From NCBI RefSeq assembly GCF_030684315.1, contig NC_081356.1, positions 101,537,242-101,601,241 of the forward strand: DNA of 64,000 bases. Reading direction: 5' to 3'. Source of the DNA: Stegostoma tigrinum. Taxonomy: Eukaryota. Position numbers and translations under genes: made by a program. The notes under the pieces were generated by a model, which was not told where the DNA came from, ran no database searches, and saw only the letters and a program-made list of their open reading frames with translations. Positions 12,602 through 25,559 of this stretch are shown piece by piece. The first letter of the stretch is position 1; each line of letters opens with the position of its first letter.

Positions 12602-14065
12602 GTAATGAATTACAGTTTACTATACCTATTAGTTTTTCTCAGCACAGGGCACTATTCAGCCATCCACTGGATGGACAGACAGACAGTTAATGTTCTCTCA
12701 GGTTGTTTTAAGTTTTGCTACGTGATCGGCTGTTAAGCAAATTTGAGAGTGACTTGTGACATCACCTAGTTTTTCAGTTTCTTCACTCTTAAAATTGTTT
12801 TGTGCTGATTGCTGTGTTATTCTTGGCTCTTACTCATAAGAAATATTAAAGTGAACAATTACAAGACTTGGTAACTAATAAGAAGGCTTTTTTAAAAAAG
12901 GAACTGTTTGTAAAGAATCAAGGTTTGTGGGGGGAGTTAACTTTTCTTTGAGAATAACAACTGCCCAGCTTAATTTTATCAAGGACTACCTTTTTCATTT
13001 TTGGGAGTAAGTTTTTTCGTTTTCACAAGTACAGAATTCCATTTCCTTATTTAATTGGTGTTTTCTCTCAAATTTGGATTCTTGATATAATTCCTTTTCA
13101 ATGATAAACTAAGACCTTACTGTGAGAGTTGTCTCATTCTAATGATTTGATGCAATGAAATGGCAATCAAACAGACATAAGCAGCTTATGTTGATTTGTA
13201 GCAAACTAAATTACCATCAACCATGCAGAAATTAATGTGCATCGCATTTCTGGAGGGCCAGTTGTGGCTAATGCGGCTTAAAACCTGTGAATGATAGATT
13301 TCTATTGCTGAATTAATCATAGACTACAGAATGTGTAATTTGGGAATTAGAATGTGTAATCAGAGAATAATATTCAGATGTGATATGAATAAAGTTAGTT
13401 ACAACTGGGATAGATTCACTTTACAGATGCTTGCCAATTAGCTGTGAAATTACTATACAGATGCTGTATTGTATATGCAGATGCACAGTAGCCCTTCCAA
13501 AAGGGGCTTTTATTCTTTTATGAGCTTCCTGATTGTCATGTGTGTTTACATGCTGTGATATTTGCAGTTCCAGCTTGAGAGAAGTGTTTAAAATCGTGAA
13601 GCATTTTGATCAAGTAAATTAGAGATTGTTTTTAGAAGAGTCAGTCCACAGAGGATGGATTTAAGGTTAAAAAGACGCAACAAGTAATGACCTGGAAGGA
13701 AGGTGGAAGCAGAAAATTACATTCAAAAGACTGCCTAGTAAATCAAAATAATACATAGGGAAAGAGCATGGGTATAGAATAATTAGATAGCTCTTCCAAA
13801 AAGTGAGAAACGTTCAATGTGACAAATAGCTAAGCTATATTAATCTGAGGCTTCTTTTCACCTTCGATACGCAGCATAGCAGCAACTGTTTTGTCGATTA
13901 ACTTGACTTTGCAGGTTATTTGTCAGACATAAGGGTGATTTTACCTGCTGTTACAGTGTATTGTAAATTCTGATCTATAGTGTACAATTGCCAAGGCTGG
14001 GAGGGATAAATAAAATATTTGCAGTTTAAAGATGCTAGATTTGGATTTTATTTTTGCTGTTTCAG

Positions 14066-14408
14066 GCCAATGGAGAAACAGGAGGAATCAATGCCCAAAC
14101 CAAACCATGCAGCAAGGAGACGGTTCCAGAAGCCTAAGCCAAACTTGGGAAGAGCAGTTGTGTTAATTGTTGAAAACAAGATTGCTCCAGAGCAAGAGAA
14201 AGTTGTTACAACCGAAGAGGAACGAGATCTCAGTCCAGATATCGCAATTGCTGAAGTTCGTGAAGCCAGTGAGAAGACTGGAGCAGATTCTTATTTTGCT
14301 TCAGAGGCACAAACCGTGGATACTTTAATACACAGTAATGTGCAGAGACAGCAGGATGCACTGCAGGGTTCATCAGAAGCCAGTAAACCAATAGCCCCAA
14401 TATCTCAG
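14066..14408 (+). CDS. BDP1: BDP1 exon, phase 2->0
   Basis: tttcAG acceptor and GTATA donor. Contains RRRFQKPKPNLGRA, a motif typical of vertebrate BDP1. Confidence 0.9.
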
Positions 14409-15250
14409 GTATACCTGAAAGCTGGTGTCTTTCATTCCTGATATCATTTTGATGAATCTGTACTGTACATTGTCTGCTTTTAATATTATTTTTACAATGA
14501 TACCTGGAACAGAATGCAGCAACCTTCAATATGATCTCCCTATTATCTTCCCTAAATTTATCATGCCCCTTTTCGTGCTATTTGCATCTCTGCCTCCCAC
14601 TCAGATGCTCATTAACTGATGGTCTGTCATATACTTCACACCCTGTGACACACTATGTACTTTGTCTCATTCTCCTACTGTCCAAGAGCCCTTGGTCACA
14701 GGTCATTGTTTGGAGATGTGTCCTGCATGTGTGACATTAAGTGCAGGTATCTCATAGTACAGACTTCAACTCCTCTGCCCTCCTGTATTCTAGTCCGTTC
14801 AAATGTTAAAGTCAAGCATTAATGCAATAATTTAATCCGTCTCATAATTGCCCAGCTACATTCCAGTACTAAACTCCTACATTTTTCTGCTGTGTGCTAC
14901 ACTTGATGTAGAGAATAATCACTTGCAAGTAAATTGAGTGAGTGCACTTCCACAGTAAAAACAGACACATAATCAATAATTTAAGTTATTGGCAGCTTAG
15001 AGCAAATATTTAGTATTTGCTAAAAACTTTAGCATTACTAAATGCTTTAGTATTGAAATGTCAAAATGGAACATTAAACCCAAAAAGTACAAAAAAAATC
15101 ACAGTACTCTAACTTCAGTTCCTCTCAAATCTCTGTTTTAGGTGATGTGTGAGGACATAGTTAATGTAAGTTTCCTGGAGTCTGCTCATTTATGGTTCCA
15201 AACATGTATATTTGTCTAACTTTAAAACTGTTATGTACTTTGATTTTCAG

Positions 15251-15462
15251 TCAAGAGTGCAATCTCTGGAGGCAGCCACTAATTCTATGGAAATAGAGGC
15301 ACAAAGTATTGTAGCTTCAGATAATGAGATGCCACGAACTGGCTACCAGGATTCTAGCGGAAAGCAGCAATCGCAAATGCCATCTGAGTATGACAGTCAA
15401 GAAGAACATGAAGATTTGAAGCTGGATTCCGTTCAGGACAATATTATAAGCAAACCAACTAG
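15251..15462 (+). CDS. BDP1: BDP1 exon, phase 0->2
   Basis: ttttcAG acceptor and GTATT donor. Encodes SRVQSLEAATN...ISKPT. Confidence 0.85.
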
Positions 15463-15889
15463 GTATTGTGCAAAGAGAAAGGGTTGACTTTTTTTGACAA
15501 TTGTATATTATTGAAATATGTAAAGGAAGATTTGGAAGTTGTTAAGACCTCAGTGTATAGGTCATTGAATGTCATATCTATTGTATTCTGATGAATGCCA
15601 CATTATCAATGAGTAAGCTTATCATGTAATTTGCCATTGGGTCGTAGAGATAAGAATGTTGATATCTGATTCAATTCCTGTCTTGAGCTCATGTGGCAGA
15701 ATATTGCCATTAGCCTTTATTGTCCTAAATTGTGAGAGGGGATAAAAATGAATGATTGTTAACCATTGACCATATCTGGGTGTGTTTGCATGGGAGAAAG
15801 CCTTTTGAGCACCTAGTCTCATTTGACATGGTCTCTGTTTTATATCTATGGTGTAGAGTATCAACTTTATCTAATGAATGACTACCATC

Positions 15890-16680
15890 TTTAGCTGATT
15901 CATCAGTGATCTTCACTGATGATTGCACAATGTTCAGCACCACTTGCAATTCCTCAGGTACTGAAGCAGTCCATGTCCAAATACAGCAATGTCTGGACAA
16001 TATTCGGGCTTGAGCTGAAAGTGGCAAGTAACATTCATGCCCCCCAAGTGCCTGGCAATGACCACCTCTAACAATGGAGAATTTAGCCATCGTCCCTTTA
16101 GTGGCGTTACCATCACTAAATCCCCCACTGTCAACATCCACCAATCCTGGGGGATATCAGATGGGAGAATGGAAATGCTGCATTGTGGGAACGTTTTCCT
16201 GACTCCTCGAACCCTGATCACCATCTACAAGGCACAAGTCAGGAATGTGATGAAACACTTTCCACTTGCCTAGATGAGTGCAGCTCCTACAGCACTCAAG
16301 CATGAACACCATCTATGACAAAGCAGCCCACATTCGCAGCAGTGTGTACAATCTACAAGTTTCACTACAAAAATTCAGCAAAGCTGTTTAGACAGTACCT
16401 TTCCAACTCATGGCAACTTCCATCCAGAAGGACAAGGGCAACAAACATATGGGAACACCATCATTTTCTAGACTTGGAAATATATTATTGTCCCTTTCGT
16501 GCTGTTGGATCAAAATTCCAGAATTTCTTTCCTCATAATATTGTGTTTCTACCTACAGCAGAAGGACTGCAGCAGTTCAAGAATGCAGCTCACCATCACC
16601 TTCTTAAGGGCAACTAGGGATGGGCAATAAATATTGGCCCAACCAGTGTTACCATGACCTGTATTGAATTAAAAAATAAA
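15890..16680 (+). mobile_element. CR1 type A 3' fragment
   Basis: TIYKAQVR motif and tail CACCATCACCTTCTTAAGGGCAACTAGGGATGGGCAATAAAT. Confidence 0.75.
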
Positions 16681-17034
16681 TTATTGAGATAAAGGAAGAA
16701 AAGAATATGTCAGTACCTCTAATTTGCCTCTGCTGTTGTCCTAGTAGCTGCCACTTCATAAAAAAACCTCAAATTAATTACAGTGCTTGGATGATGTAAG
16801 AGTAACTAACATTTCTGGTGACGGTTTGGAACATTGAATGCTACCTTAAGTGGTGTTGTTCAAAATACAGCATAAGTGGGATTATATTGCAGTAAACAAA
16901 ATTAGTGAGATGTAGCAAGGAAGACACAATATTATCCCCAGTTTTGGTTGATTTTACCAGGCCATCAGTTATATTAAAATATTTTTAAAATACTGTTGTT
17001 TAAAACAGAAAATTTAAAACTCTTTCTTTTATAG

Positions 17035-17428
17035 GTCTGGACGGCAACCCAGACCAACAGCATTTTATAAATCTCCAACAGAACAAAAACCATCATCCTC
17101 TTCTCCATTATTACCTGAAGCAGAAAATGAGGATAAAAGCAGGAATAGACGTGCACGGTCTCAAAAAACTAAACCTAAACTCAACAAAGGCTTGAATAAG
17201 AAAGAGATAAATAAGAATGCTGGGAAAGGCCAGGGAACATCAAAAGTGAGACTAGTGACCTTGAGAGCATCCCAGGAAGATGAAGAAGATGATGAACCTG
17301 AGCCGATAAAAGAGGATGATGTCTATCTCATCAATCCTGAGGAGGTCAACAAAGTACCAGCTTTTGTGCCAATCAGCCTACGCTCTCCTGAACCTGTTCA
17401 AACTGAAGTCGAGGAAACCATGGAAGAG
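17035..17428 (+). CDS. BDP1: BDP1 exon, phase 2->0, diagnostic conserved block
   Basis: LVTLRASQEDEE...PEEVNKVPAFVPISLRSPEPVQTEVEETMEE matches the recalled human BDP1 segment LVTLRASQEEDD...PEEVNKAPVFVPVGLRSPEPVSAQIEETMEE. Canonical splice sites. Confidence 0.95.
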
Positions 17429-17699
17429 GTATGATTAAACACTTGAAAATATGTTGTTAGAATCATTGCATGGCTGTGCTTTCAGTTGAAGATTCTTTTT
17501 GTCGGTGCAAGGTTTATGACAACTGTGTAGTTAAGAATAGTGTTTTACGACCCACCTTGATTGCTATTTCTTTGTTGTTTTAGTAGTGGTTTAGAATGTG
17601 GTAAATATTAGTCCAAACTTTTCATTCAGAATTTTTACAAATTGAAGTTCTTTTCTTCCCCTACACAAACAAACCCTGTTCAGTGGCGGAATTCATTTA

Positions 17700-19700
17700 A
17701 CAACGTAAGAAATAGGAACAGGAGTAAGTACTTCACCAATTCAAGCCTAATTTCCCATTCAGTGAAATTGTAGCTGAGCTTCGACTTCAAAACCGTTTTT
17801 TTGCACCATACCTGTATCCTTTCATGTGCTCAATCTGTAGAAATCTAAAAATCTCCGTCTTGTATGTACTTAACGACAGACTCTGCGCAGCTTTCCGGGC
17901 AGAGATTTCCAAAGATTCTTAATCCAAGTGAACAAATTTCCCTTCATCTCAGTCCTAAATGTCCTGTCCTCTGCTTGAAGAGGCCCCCACACCCTCCAGG
18001 GGAAACATTCTTTCTGCATCAACTCTGTTGATTTCTCATGTTTGAATATGGTGATCTCATTCTTCTAAAATCCAGAGGGCTAGTCTATCTAGTCTTTATT
18101 CATAGGAACAATTTCCCCTATCGTAGAAATTTGTTTGATAAACTTTATTGACGACCTCTGTCTATGATATAGCCGTCTTCAGGTAAAAAGACCAAATCTG
18201 CACCCACTTTTCCAGGTGTGCTATCACCAAAGCTCTTTGTAAGATACCTTTGCTCTTACACTTAATTCCTTTCGTAATAAAAGCCAGGACGCCATTTGTC
18301 ACCTTAAATTGCTTGCCATACCTTCATGTGAACTTTTCATGACTCTTGACCAAGGATACTTGACTGTCTTTCAAGTTAATCACTTCCCAGTCTCTTACCA
18401 TTTAAGAAGCACTCTGAACTTTCTGTTTTTCCCTCCAAAATGGCTGACCTTTTATTTTTTTTCACATTGTATTCCCTCAGCAAATTTTTTGCCACCCATT
18501 TGACCTCTGCTCACAACTGTACTTCCACCTAGTTTCAGTCATTTGCAAAAGTGGATATATTGCATTTAACCCTATATGCAAATAAATGATTTAGCTTGTG
18601 AATTGTTTGGATTTCATGCACTGATGTAAACAATACCCCACTAGTCACAGTATACCAACCTGTAAGTAACCCATTTATTTCTGCTGCCTGTTTTCTGTCC
18701 ATGAAACATTCATCGTCATTGTCTTTATTGGTCAGTGCATTGAGTATAGGAGTTGGGAGGTCATATTGCAGCTATATAGGATGTTGGCTTGGTCACTTTT
18801 GAAGTATAGCATGCAATTTTGGTCTCCCTCCTATAGGAGAGATGTTGTCAAACTGGAAAGAAACTAGAAACAGAGAAGATTTACTAGGGTATTGCCAGGG
18901 TTGGAGAGTTTGAGCTATAGAGAGAGGCTGAATAAGCTGTCTCTATGTTCCCTGTAGTATCAGAGGCTGAGGGATGACCTTATAAAGGTTTATAAAAACA
19001 TGAGGCACATGGATAGGGTAAATAGACAAGGTCTTTTCTCTGGGGTAGTGTTGCCCAAAACTAGAGGGCTCAGGTTGAAGGTTAGAGGGGAAGGATATAA
19101 AGGGGACCTAAGGGACAACTTTTTCACGCAGAGGGTGGTGTGTGTATGAAATGAACTGCCAGAGGAAGTGGTAGAAGCTGGTATGATTACAACATTTAAA
19201 GGCATCTGGATGGGTATATGAATAGCAAGGGTTTAGAGGGATATGGGGCAAATGTTGGTAAGTGGGACTAGATTTATCTAGGATATCTGGTTGGTATGGA
19301 TAAGTTGGACCAAAGGGGCTGATTCCATTCCGAATATCTCTTTGACTGTATGGCCCATACCAGTCTAATTGTCCCACCCTGTCCCATGTGCTCTAATTAT
19401 GTTTACTAACCTCTTGTGTGGAACCTTAGCAAAAGCTTTCTGAAATGTAAATCATATACACTGGGTTTCCTCTCGTTTACTTTGCTAGTAACGTGCCCAA
19501 ACATAATTCCCCTTTTGTATGCCCACGTTGATTCCACCAATCAAGCATTTTGTAAATGTACTGTTATCATATCTTTTATTATCATCTCTAGCATATTACC
19601 TTCGGGTGATGTTAGGCTCAGTGGGCTAACTTTTGCAATCTTCCAATCTTCTGGAACCAGTCTGGAATCCAGTCTTAATTGAATTTTGAAAGATGCCATC
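17700..19700 (-). mobile_element. Old antisense CR1 (resumes at about 23556), interrupted by a sense CR1 3' fragment at about 18715-19350
   Basis: Degenerate antisense RT and 3' UTR motifs. Confidence 0.65.
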
Positions 19701-19739
19701 TGTTGTAAAGCAGTGTGCAACCCCCCACCCCCTGATAAC

Positions 19740-22570
19740 TGGCATTTGACCTGTGCTCCGTAAAGACAATGGCAGAAATAGCAAAGTCCTCACTGATATC
19801 TGGGGACTAGTGCCAAAATTGGGAAAGCTGTCACACAGACTAATAAACGAGCCTTATGGAATCATACCTTACTGACACTGCCCCAGATACCACCACCACC
19901 ATCCTTGGATATATCCTGTCTCACCAGCAGAGGGGGCGGCACAATGGCGCACAGATGGTAGGACAAAACTCTGGGAGCCCTCAACATTGACTCCAGACCC
20001 TTTAAAGTCTCATGGCTTCAGGTTAAACATGGGCAAAGAAATCTGCTTTTGATTACCACATACCGTCCTCCCTCAGCTGATGAATCAGTGCTCCTCCATG
20101 TTGAACAACACTTGGAGGAAGTACTGAGGATGGCAAGGGCACGAAATGTACTCTTGGTGGGGGATTTCAATGTCCAACACCAGGAGTGGCTAAGCAGCAG
20201 TATTACTGTCGAGCTGGCCAGGCCCTACACTGGGTCTGCAGCAGGTGGTGAGGGAGCCAACATGACGGGAAAAATATGCTTGACTTCATTCTTATCAATC
20301 TGCGAGCTGTAATTGCATCTGTACATGACAGTGTCAGGGAGAGTGACCACTGCACAGACCTTGTGGAGACCAAGTCCTGCCTTCACATTGAGAATAATCT
20401 CCATCGTGTTGTGCCACAAAACAAGTGTTAGACAGAGCTAAGCGGCTCCACAACCAACGGATCAGATCTCAAGTCTGCAATCCTGCCACATTCCAGTCAT
20501 GAATGGTGGAGGACAATGAAACAACTCACTGGAGGAGGAGGCTCCACAAATATCCCCAATTTTCAATGATGGAAGAGCCCAGCACATAATTGCAAAAGGT
20601 AAGGCTGAAGCTTTCACTGCAATCTTCAGCCAGAAGTACTGAGTGGACGATCAATCTCTGCCTCCTTCAGTGGTTCCCAGCATTACAGACACCATTCTTC
20701 AGCCAATTCAATTCACTCTGTGATATCAAGGAACTGTTGGAGACACTGGATACTGCAAAGGCTACAGGCCCTTCCAACATTCTGGCAATAGTACTATGCT
20801 CCAGAACTTGCCACTCCCCTAGCCAAGTTGCTCCAATACAGTTACAGCACTGGTATCTACCTGACAATATGGGAAATTGCCCAAGTATCTGCTGTACATA
20901 AAAAGCAGGACAAGTCCACCTTGGCTAATTACCCTCCCATCAGTCTACTTCCAATCACCAGTAAAGTGTTATCAATAAGAGGTGTTATCAGTAGTGATAT
21001 CAAAGATGAAAGGTGTTATCAATAGTGCTACTACACAACACCTGCTCATCAATAATCTGCACAGTGATGCTCAGTTTGGGTTCCACCAGGATCACTCATC
21101 TCCTGACCACATTACATCCTTGGTTCAAACATGGACAAAAGAGCTGAATTCCAGAGGTTAGATGAGAGTGACATTTGACTGGGTGTGACATCGAGGAGCC
21201 CTCGCTAAACTGGAATCAATGGGTATCAGGGGGCAAACTCTGTGGTGGTTGTAGTCATACCTACACACAGGAAGATGGTCCTGGTTGCTGGAGGTCAATC
21301 ATCTCAGCACCAGGTCATCCCCACAGGAGTTCCTCAGGGTAGTGTCCTCGGCCAACCGTCCATCATCTGCTTCATCGATGACCTTCCCTCCATCATAAGG
21401 TCAGAAGTGGGAGTGTTTGCCGATGAGTGTACAATGTTCAGCACTATTCGTGACTCCTCATACAGAAGCAGTCCATGTTCAAATGCGGTAAGATCTGGAC
21501 AGTATCCAGACTTGGGCTGACAAGTGGCAAGGAATATTCGTGCCACACAAATGCCAGGCTATGACCACCAAGAATAACAAAATTTAACCACCTCCCCTTG
21601 GTGTTCAACAGTGTTGCCGTCTCTGAATCTCCCACTATGAACATCCTCGGGATTACCATTGACCAGAAATTCAACTGGACTCATCACATGAACACAGTCG
21701 CTACAAAAGCAGGTTAGAAACTAGGAATACTGTAGCGAGTAACACACCTTCTGACTCCCTAAAGCCTGTCCACCATCTACAAGGTACAAGTCAGGAGTGT
21801 GATGAAATACTCCCCATTTGCCTGGATGACTGCAGCCCCAACAGCGCTCAAGAAGCTAACACCAACCAGGACAAAGCAGCCTATTTGATTGGCACTACAT
21901 CCACAAGCATCCACTCCTTCCACCACCAATGCTCATTAGCAGCAGTGTGTATTATCTACAAGATGCACTGCAGAAATTCACCAAAGATCAGCATGGTGGC
22001 TCAGTGGTTAGCACAACCCCCTCAGAGCATTAGGGACCTGGGTTCGATTCCACTCTCGGGCAACTGTCTGTATGGAGTTTGCACATTCTCCCCATGACTG
22101 CGTGGGTTTCTTCCAGGTGCTCCGGTTTCCTCCCACAGTCCAAAGATGTGCAAGCTAGGTGGACTGGCTGTGCTAAATTGCCCACAGTGTTCAGGGATGT
22201 GTAGATTGGGTGGGATGCTCTGAGAGTCGGTGTGGACTTGTTGGGCCAAAGGGCCTGTGTATGATTCTCAGACAGCACCTTCCAAACCCACGACCACTTT
22301 CGTCTAAAAGGACTTAAGGCAGCTAGTATATGGGAACACCATCACCTTCAAGTTCCTCTACAAGCCACTCACCATCCTGACTTGAAAATATATCATTGTT
22401 CCATTTCTATTACTGGGTCAAAATGCTAGATTTCTCTCCCTCATGGCATTTTGGGTCAACCCACAGCAGATGGACTGCAGTGGTTCAAGAAGGCAGTTCA
22501 CCACCACCTTCTCAAGGGCAATAGATGCTGGCTAACCAGCAACACCCATATCCCACAAATGAATAAAGAA
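19740..22570 (+). mobile_element. Near-complete degenerate CR1-clade ORF2 (APE endonuclease plus RT) and 3' tail
   Basis: YRPPS..GDFN, NYPPISLLPI.SKV, GVPQGSVLG, VFADE motifs, with many frameshifts. Confidence 0.85.
21990..22269 (+). mobile_element. HE1-like SINE inserted in the CR1
   Basis: A/B boxes and V-domain. The host reads CCAAAGATC|...|AGACAGCACCTTCC across the insert. Confidence 0.85.
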
Positions 22571-25559
22571 AATGAAAATCGATATACCCGGAGAGGCATG
22601 TCCTGTCTTAGAATCTGTTAAAAGAGCCACCGATATGTTATATAGGAGTGGATAAATAAAATAAACCCTGATACTCCCTTTATAATCAACAAGTAACAAT
22701 ATATTTATCTAACTCCTAACAGTGAATAAATTAACTGAACTATTATCATACCAAATAAACCCCCTTCTAATTACTAACTATTCCCGAATTAAACCAGATT
22801 CTAATGGCACGCTGTTCCAATAAATAAAATCCCGCTTGTATAAAATCAAACCCGTAAAAAAAATTAGAATTTAGCCTCTCGAAATTGCAACCAAGTTACG
22901 TCTTCCGGAGTGTTCTGTGTCTTCTGCAATGAATTTTTCTATTGGAACGCCTTCCCGACAAATTCTTCTGTCAGGAACACCTCTATTTGTCAAGAGCATG
23001 AACTATTTGTGCCACAGGTACTGTACCTTTAGATGGAGCTAACTCTAAGGCTTAGATAATTCTGTGAGAACCATTGATTCTTTCTTTTAGAGCTGAGAGC
23101 TGTTTTTTTGTCAGATGATAATTGGCTTTCCTCCGATTTTTTTTTTTTCCAAATGCCCTCATCTCTTATACCCTCAATGACACATCAGTTTCTTACAATA
23201 GGATTGGTCCTATGTTGTCAAAACCATCAGATTTAAATTTAATTAGATTTGGTAACTGAGGGCCTGGTTTAAATGAATTGGCCAAATTCAAAAATCTGCT
23301 GGCTTGGTAATAATGCTGCTTTGCCTGCTAACAGCATAGCCTTTTGATACAAATGTTTCAATTCAGGTGTTCTGTGCACCTGCAAATTCTTCAGACATCT
23401 TTTTTGAATCTCTAAGCATAGAAAAAGCCCATAATCTTTTAAAGGGACCGCATACTGCTTTTTCCATAGCATTTGACAAACACCGACATTTTATAAACGC
23501 CAAATTCTAGCGGCCTGTCTGTCTATCCAGAAAACCTCTACCCAACTTCGCAACACCACCAAGCATCAACTATGTGTACAGTCACCTCTTTCAACACAGA
23601 TATAGGACATTAGGTCCAGAGCATTCATCTGCTTTAAAACCTAACAATTTCTCTAATACATTCAAAAATAACTAATGTTAATATCTTGCAGTGTCTTGCT
23701 TACAATAGTCTCCAGATTCTCATTTATGGGTGCGCTTTTTTCATTTTAATAAGGAGTTACTAACAGCTAACAATAAGTTCCAAAGTATGCAGGTGATTTC
23801 GTTTTAAAACTCTGGCCTTACAGCTCTTACTACTACTATCAATACAAAAATAGTTTGGAAAGTAACTTGTGAAAGAGACTGCAAAAGGATAGAAGTAAGT
23901 GTGATTGGAAAAAAAAAGGCCAATAGAGTATAATGTGGGAAAATGTAACTTGTCCATTTTGGAAGAAAGAGTGGAAAAGCAATATGTTATTTAAATGGAA
24001 AAGAGTTTTCAGATCTTTGAGTACAAAGGGATCTGAATGCTGTGGTGCATGAAGGGTTAGTATTCAGGTGCAGCAAGTGGTTAGGAATGAAATGGAATCT
24101 TGTATATTATTGCAAGTGGAATGGCTCATAAAATCAATGATACTTTGCCATAATGAAAACAGAAGTGCTGGAGATCACAGCGGGTCAGACAGCATCCATG
24201 GAGAGAAAGCAAGCTAACGTTTAGAATCTACATGACTCTTCTGTAGTTGTACAGGGCATTGGTAAGATTATATTTAGTATTTTGAAACATTGTTCCGCGG
24301 AGTGTGGTAGAGGTAGAGTCATTGAGTATTTTCAAGACAGATGTAGGTAAATTTTTGACTAATGAGATGTAGGGATTCTATGTCTATGTCTATGTCATGA
24401 AAATGGATTGAGGCCACAATCAGATCAGATTTAATCTTACTGAATGGCAGAAGAAGCTCCATGGGACAAATGCTCTACTCCTGCTAATTTGTATTTCTCT
24501 ATGTTTGCATCATTTACTCTTGAGGTTGGACATCTTGAGATCTTTCATTGAGCTGTCCCAGAGGTTCACCGGCTTTCCAGCAGTGTGAGACACTAGTTAG
24601 CTGAGCTGTCCCAAACCCCTTGACCTTGATGTTTCTCCCCAACTGCATCACTGAGATTGGGGATCAATGTAGGGACATCCAATTGTCTAGTTTTAAGGAA
24701 ACAACATTGTTGTTGCAATACACAGCATATTTTATAAAGAATTGACAAAGTGTTTTGCTGTAAAGAAATAAATGCCATGTGAACATTTTGTTTGTGGTTC
24801 CTTTTTAAACATTTAGTTGTACCTCTCATTGGCTTGTGTCATGTTTCTGATCCCTGGTCTCTCCAAGGTGTTTTAGTGTAGTGTGCATTAAACCGTCTTA
24901 AATGTGGCATAAGCAATTAAAAAATCATCCTTTACCTTTATCTTTCTTAAATCTTGCAGTAAGATTTATCACTGCGTAGTTGAGATTGGATTTGTATGAT
25001 AATTAATTCCAAGTTATTACCATCCAATTCACAATTTGGTCAGCATTTTGTTGAATGCACTAGCAGTGTGCCTATGCAATGATTGACTTGTAACTTGAAT
25101 CTGAGGTGAAGATAGAAGTTTTATGTGTGTTTGTATGTACGTTCCGGATTGTAAGTCATTATTGATGTGTGAATCTTCTTTTACTCCTGTTCTGGCCCAA
25201 TTCTGTAATTGGCTTTCTCTCTCTTTCTAACCTTGATTTGGCAAAACACCTTGACCTTCATTTGCAGCTATCCTGTTTTGTTGCTGCTAAAAGTAGGAAT
25301 TTATTAAACTGGGAGACATCAACATGAGCCTACACCTGACCACTCCGAACAAACTCACTTTAGTGCTTGTTTGAGTAGAAATTTCTTGAGTTTCTCTATC
25401 TAGCAAGTTAATTTTTGTTCTATTAAATAAAACAATGCATGGCATTAAACATTTTTTAGCATTTAATTTTGCTTTACTTCAAGTTATCTTTAAGCACTTA
25501 CTGACGTTTTCCGGCTGAATTTCAAACAAATCTGCTTTCCATTTTCATTCTTTCAGATG

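Larger units (their letters stand above)
19701..23555 (-). mobile_element. Probable solo LTR (about 1 kb) interrupted by a CR1
   Basis: Termini TGTTGTAAAG...CTTCGCAACA form an imperfect inverted repeat with TG..CA ends. Flanks are CCATC/CCACC. Minus-strand CCAAT near 23205 and TATAA at 23166-23170. Confidence 0.6.
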
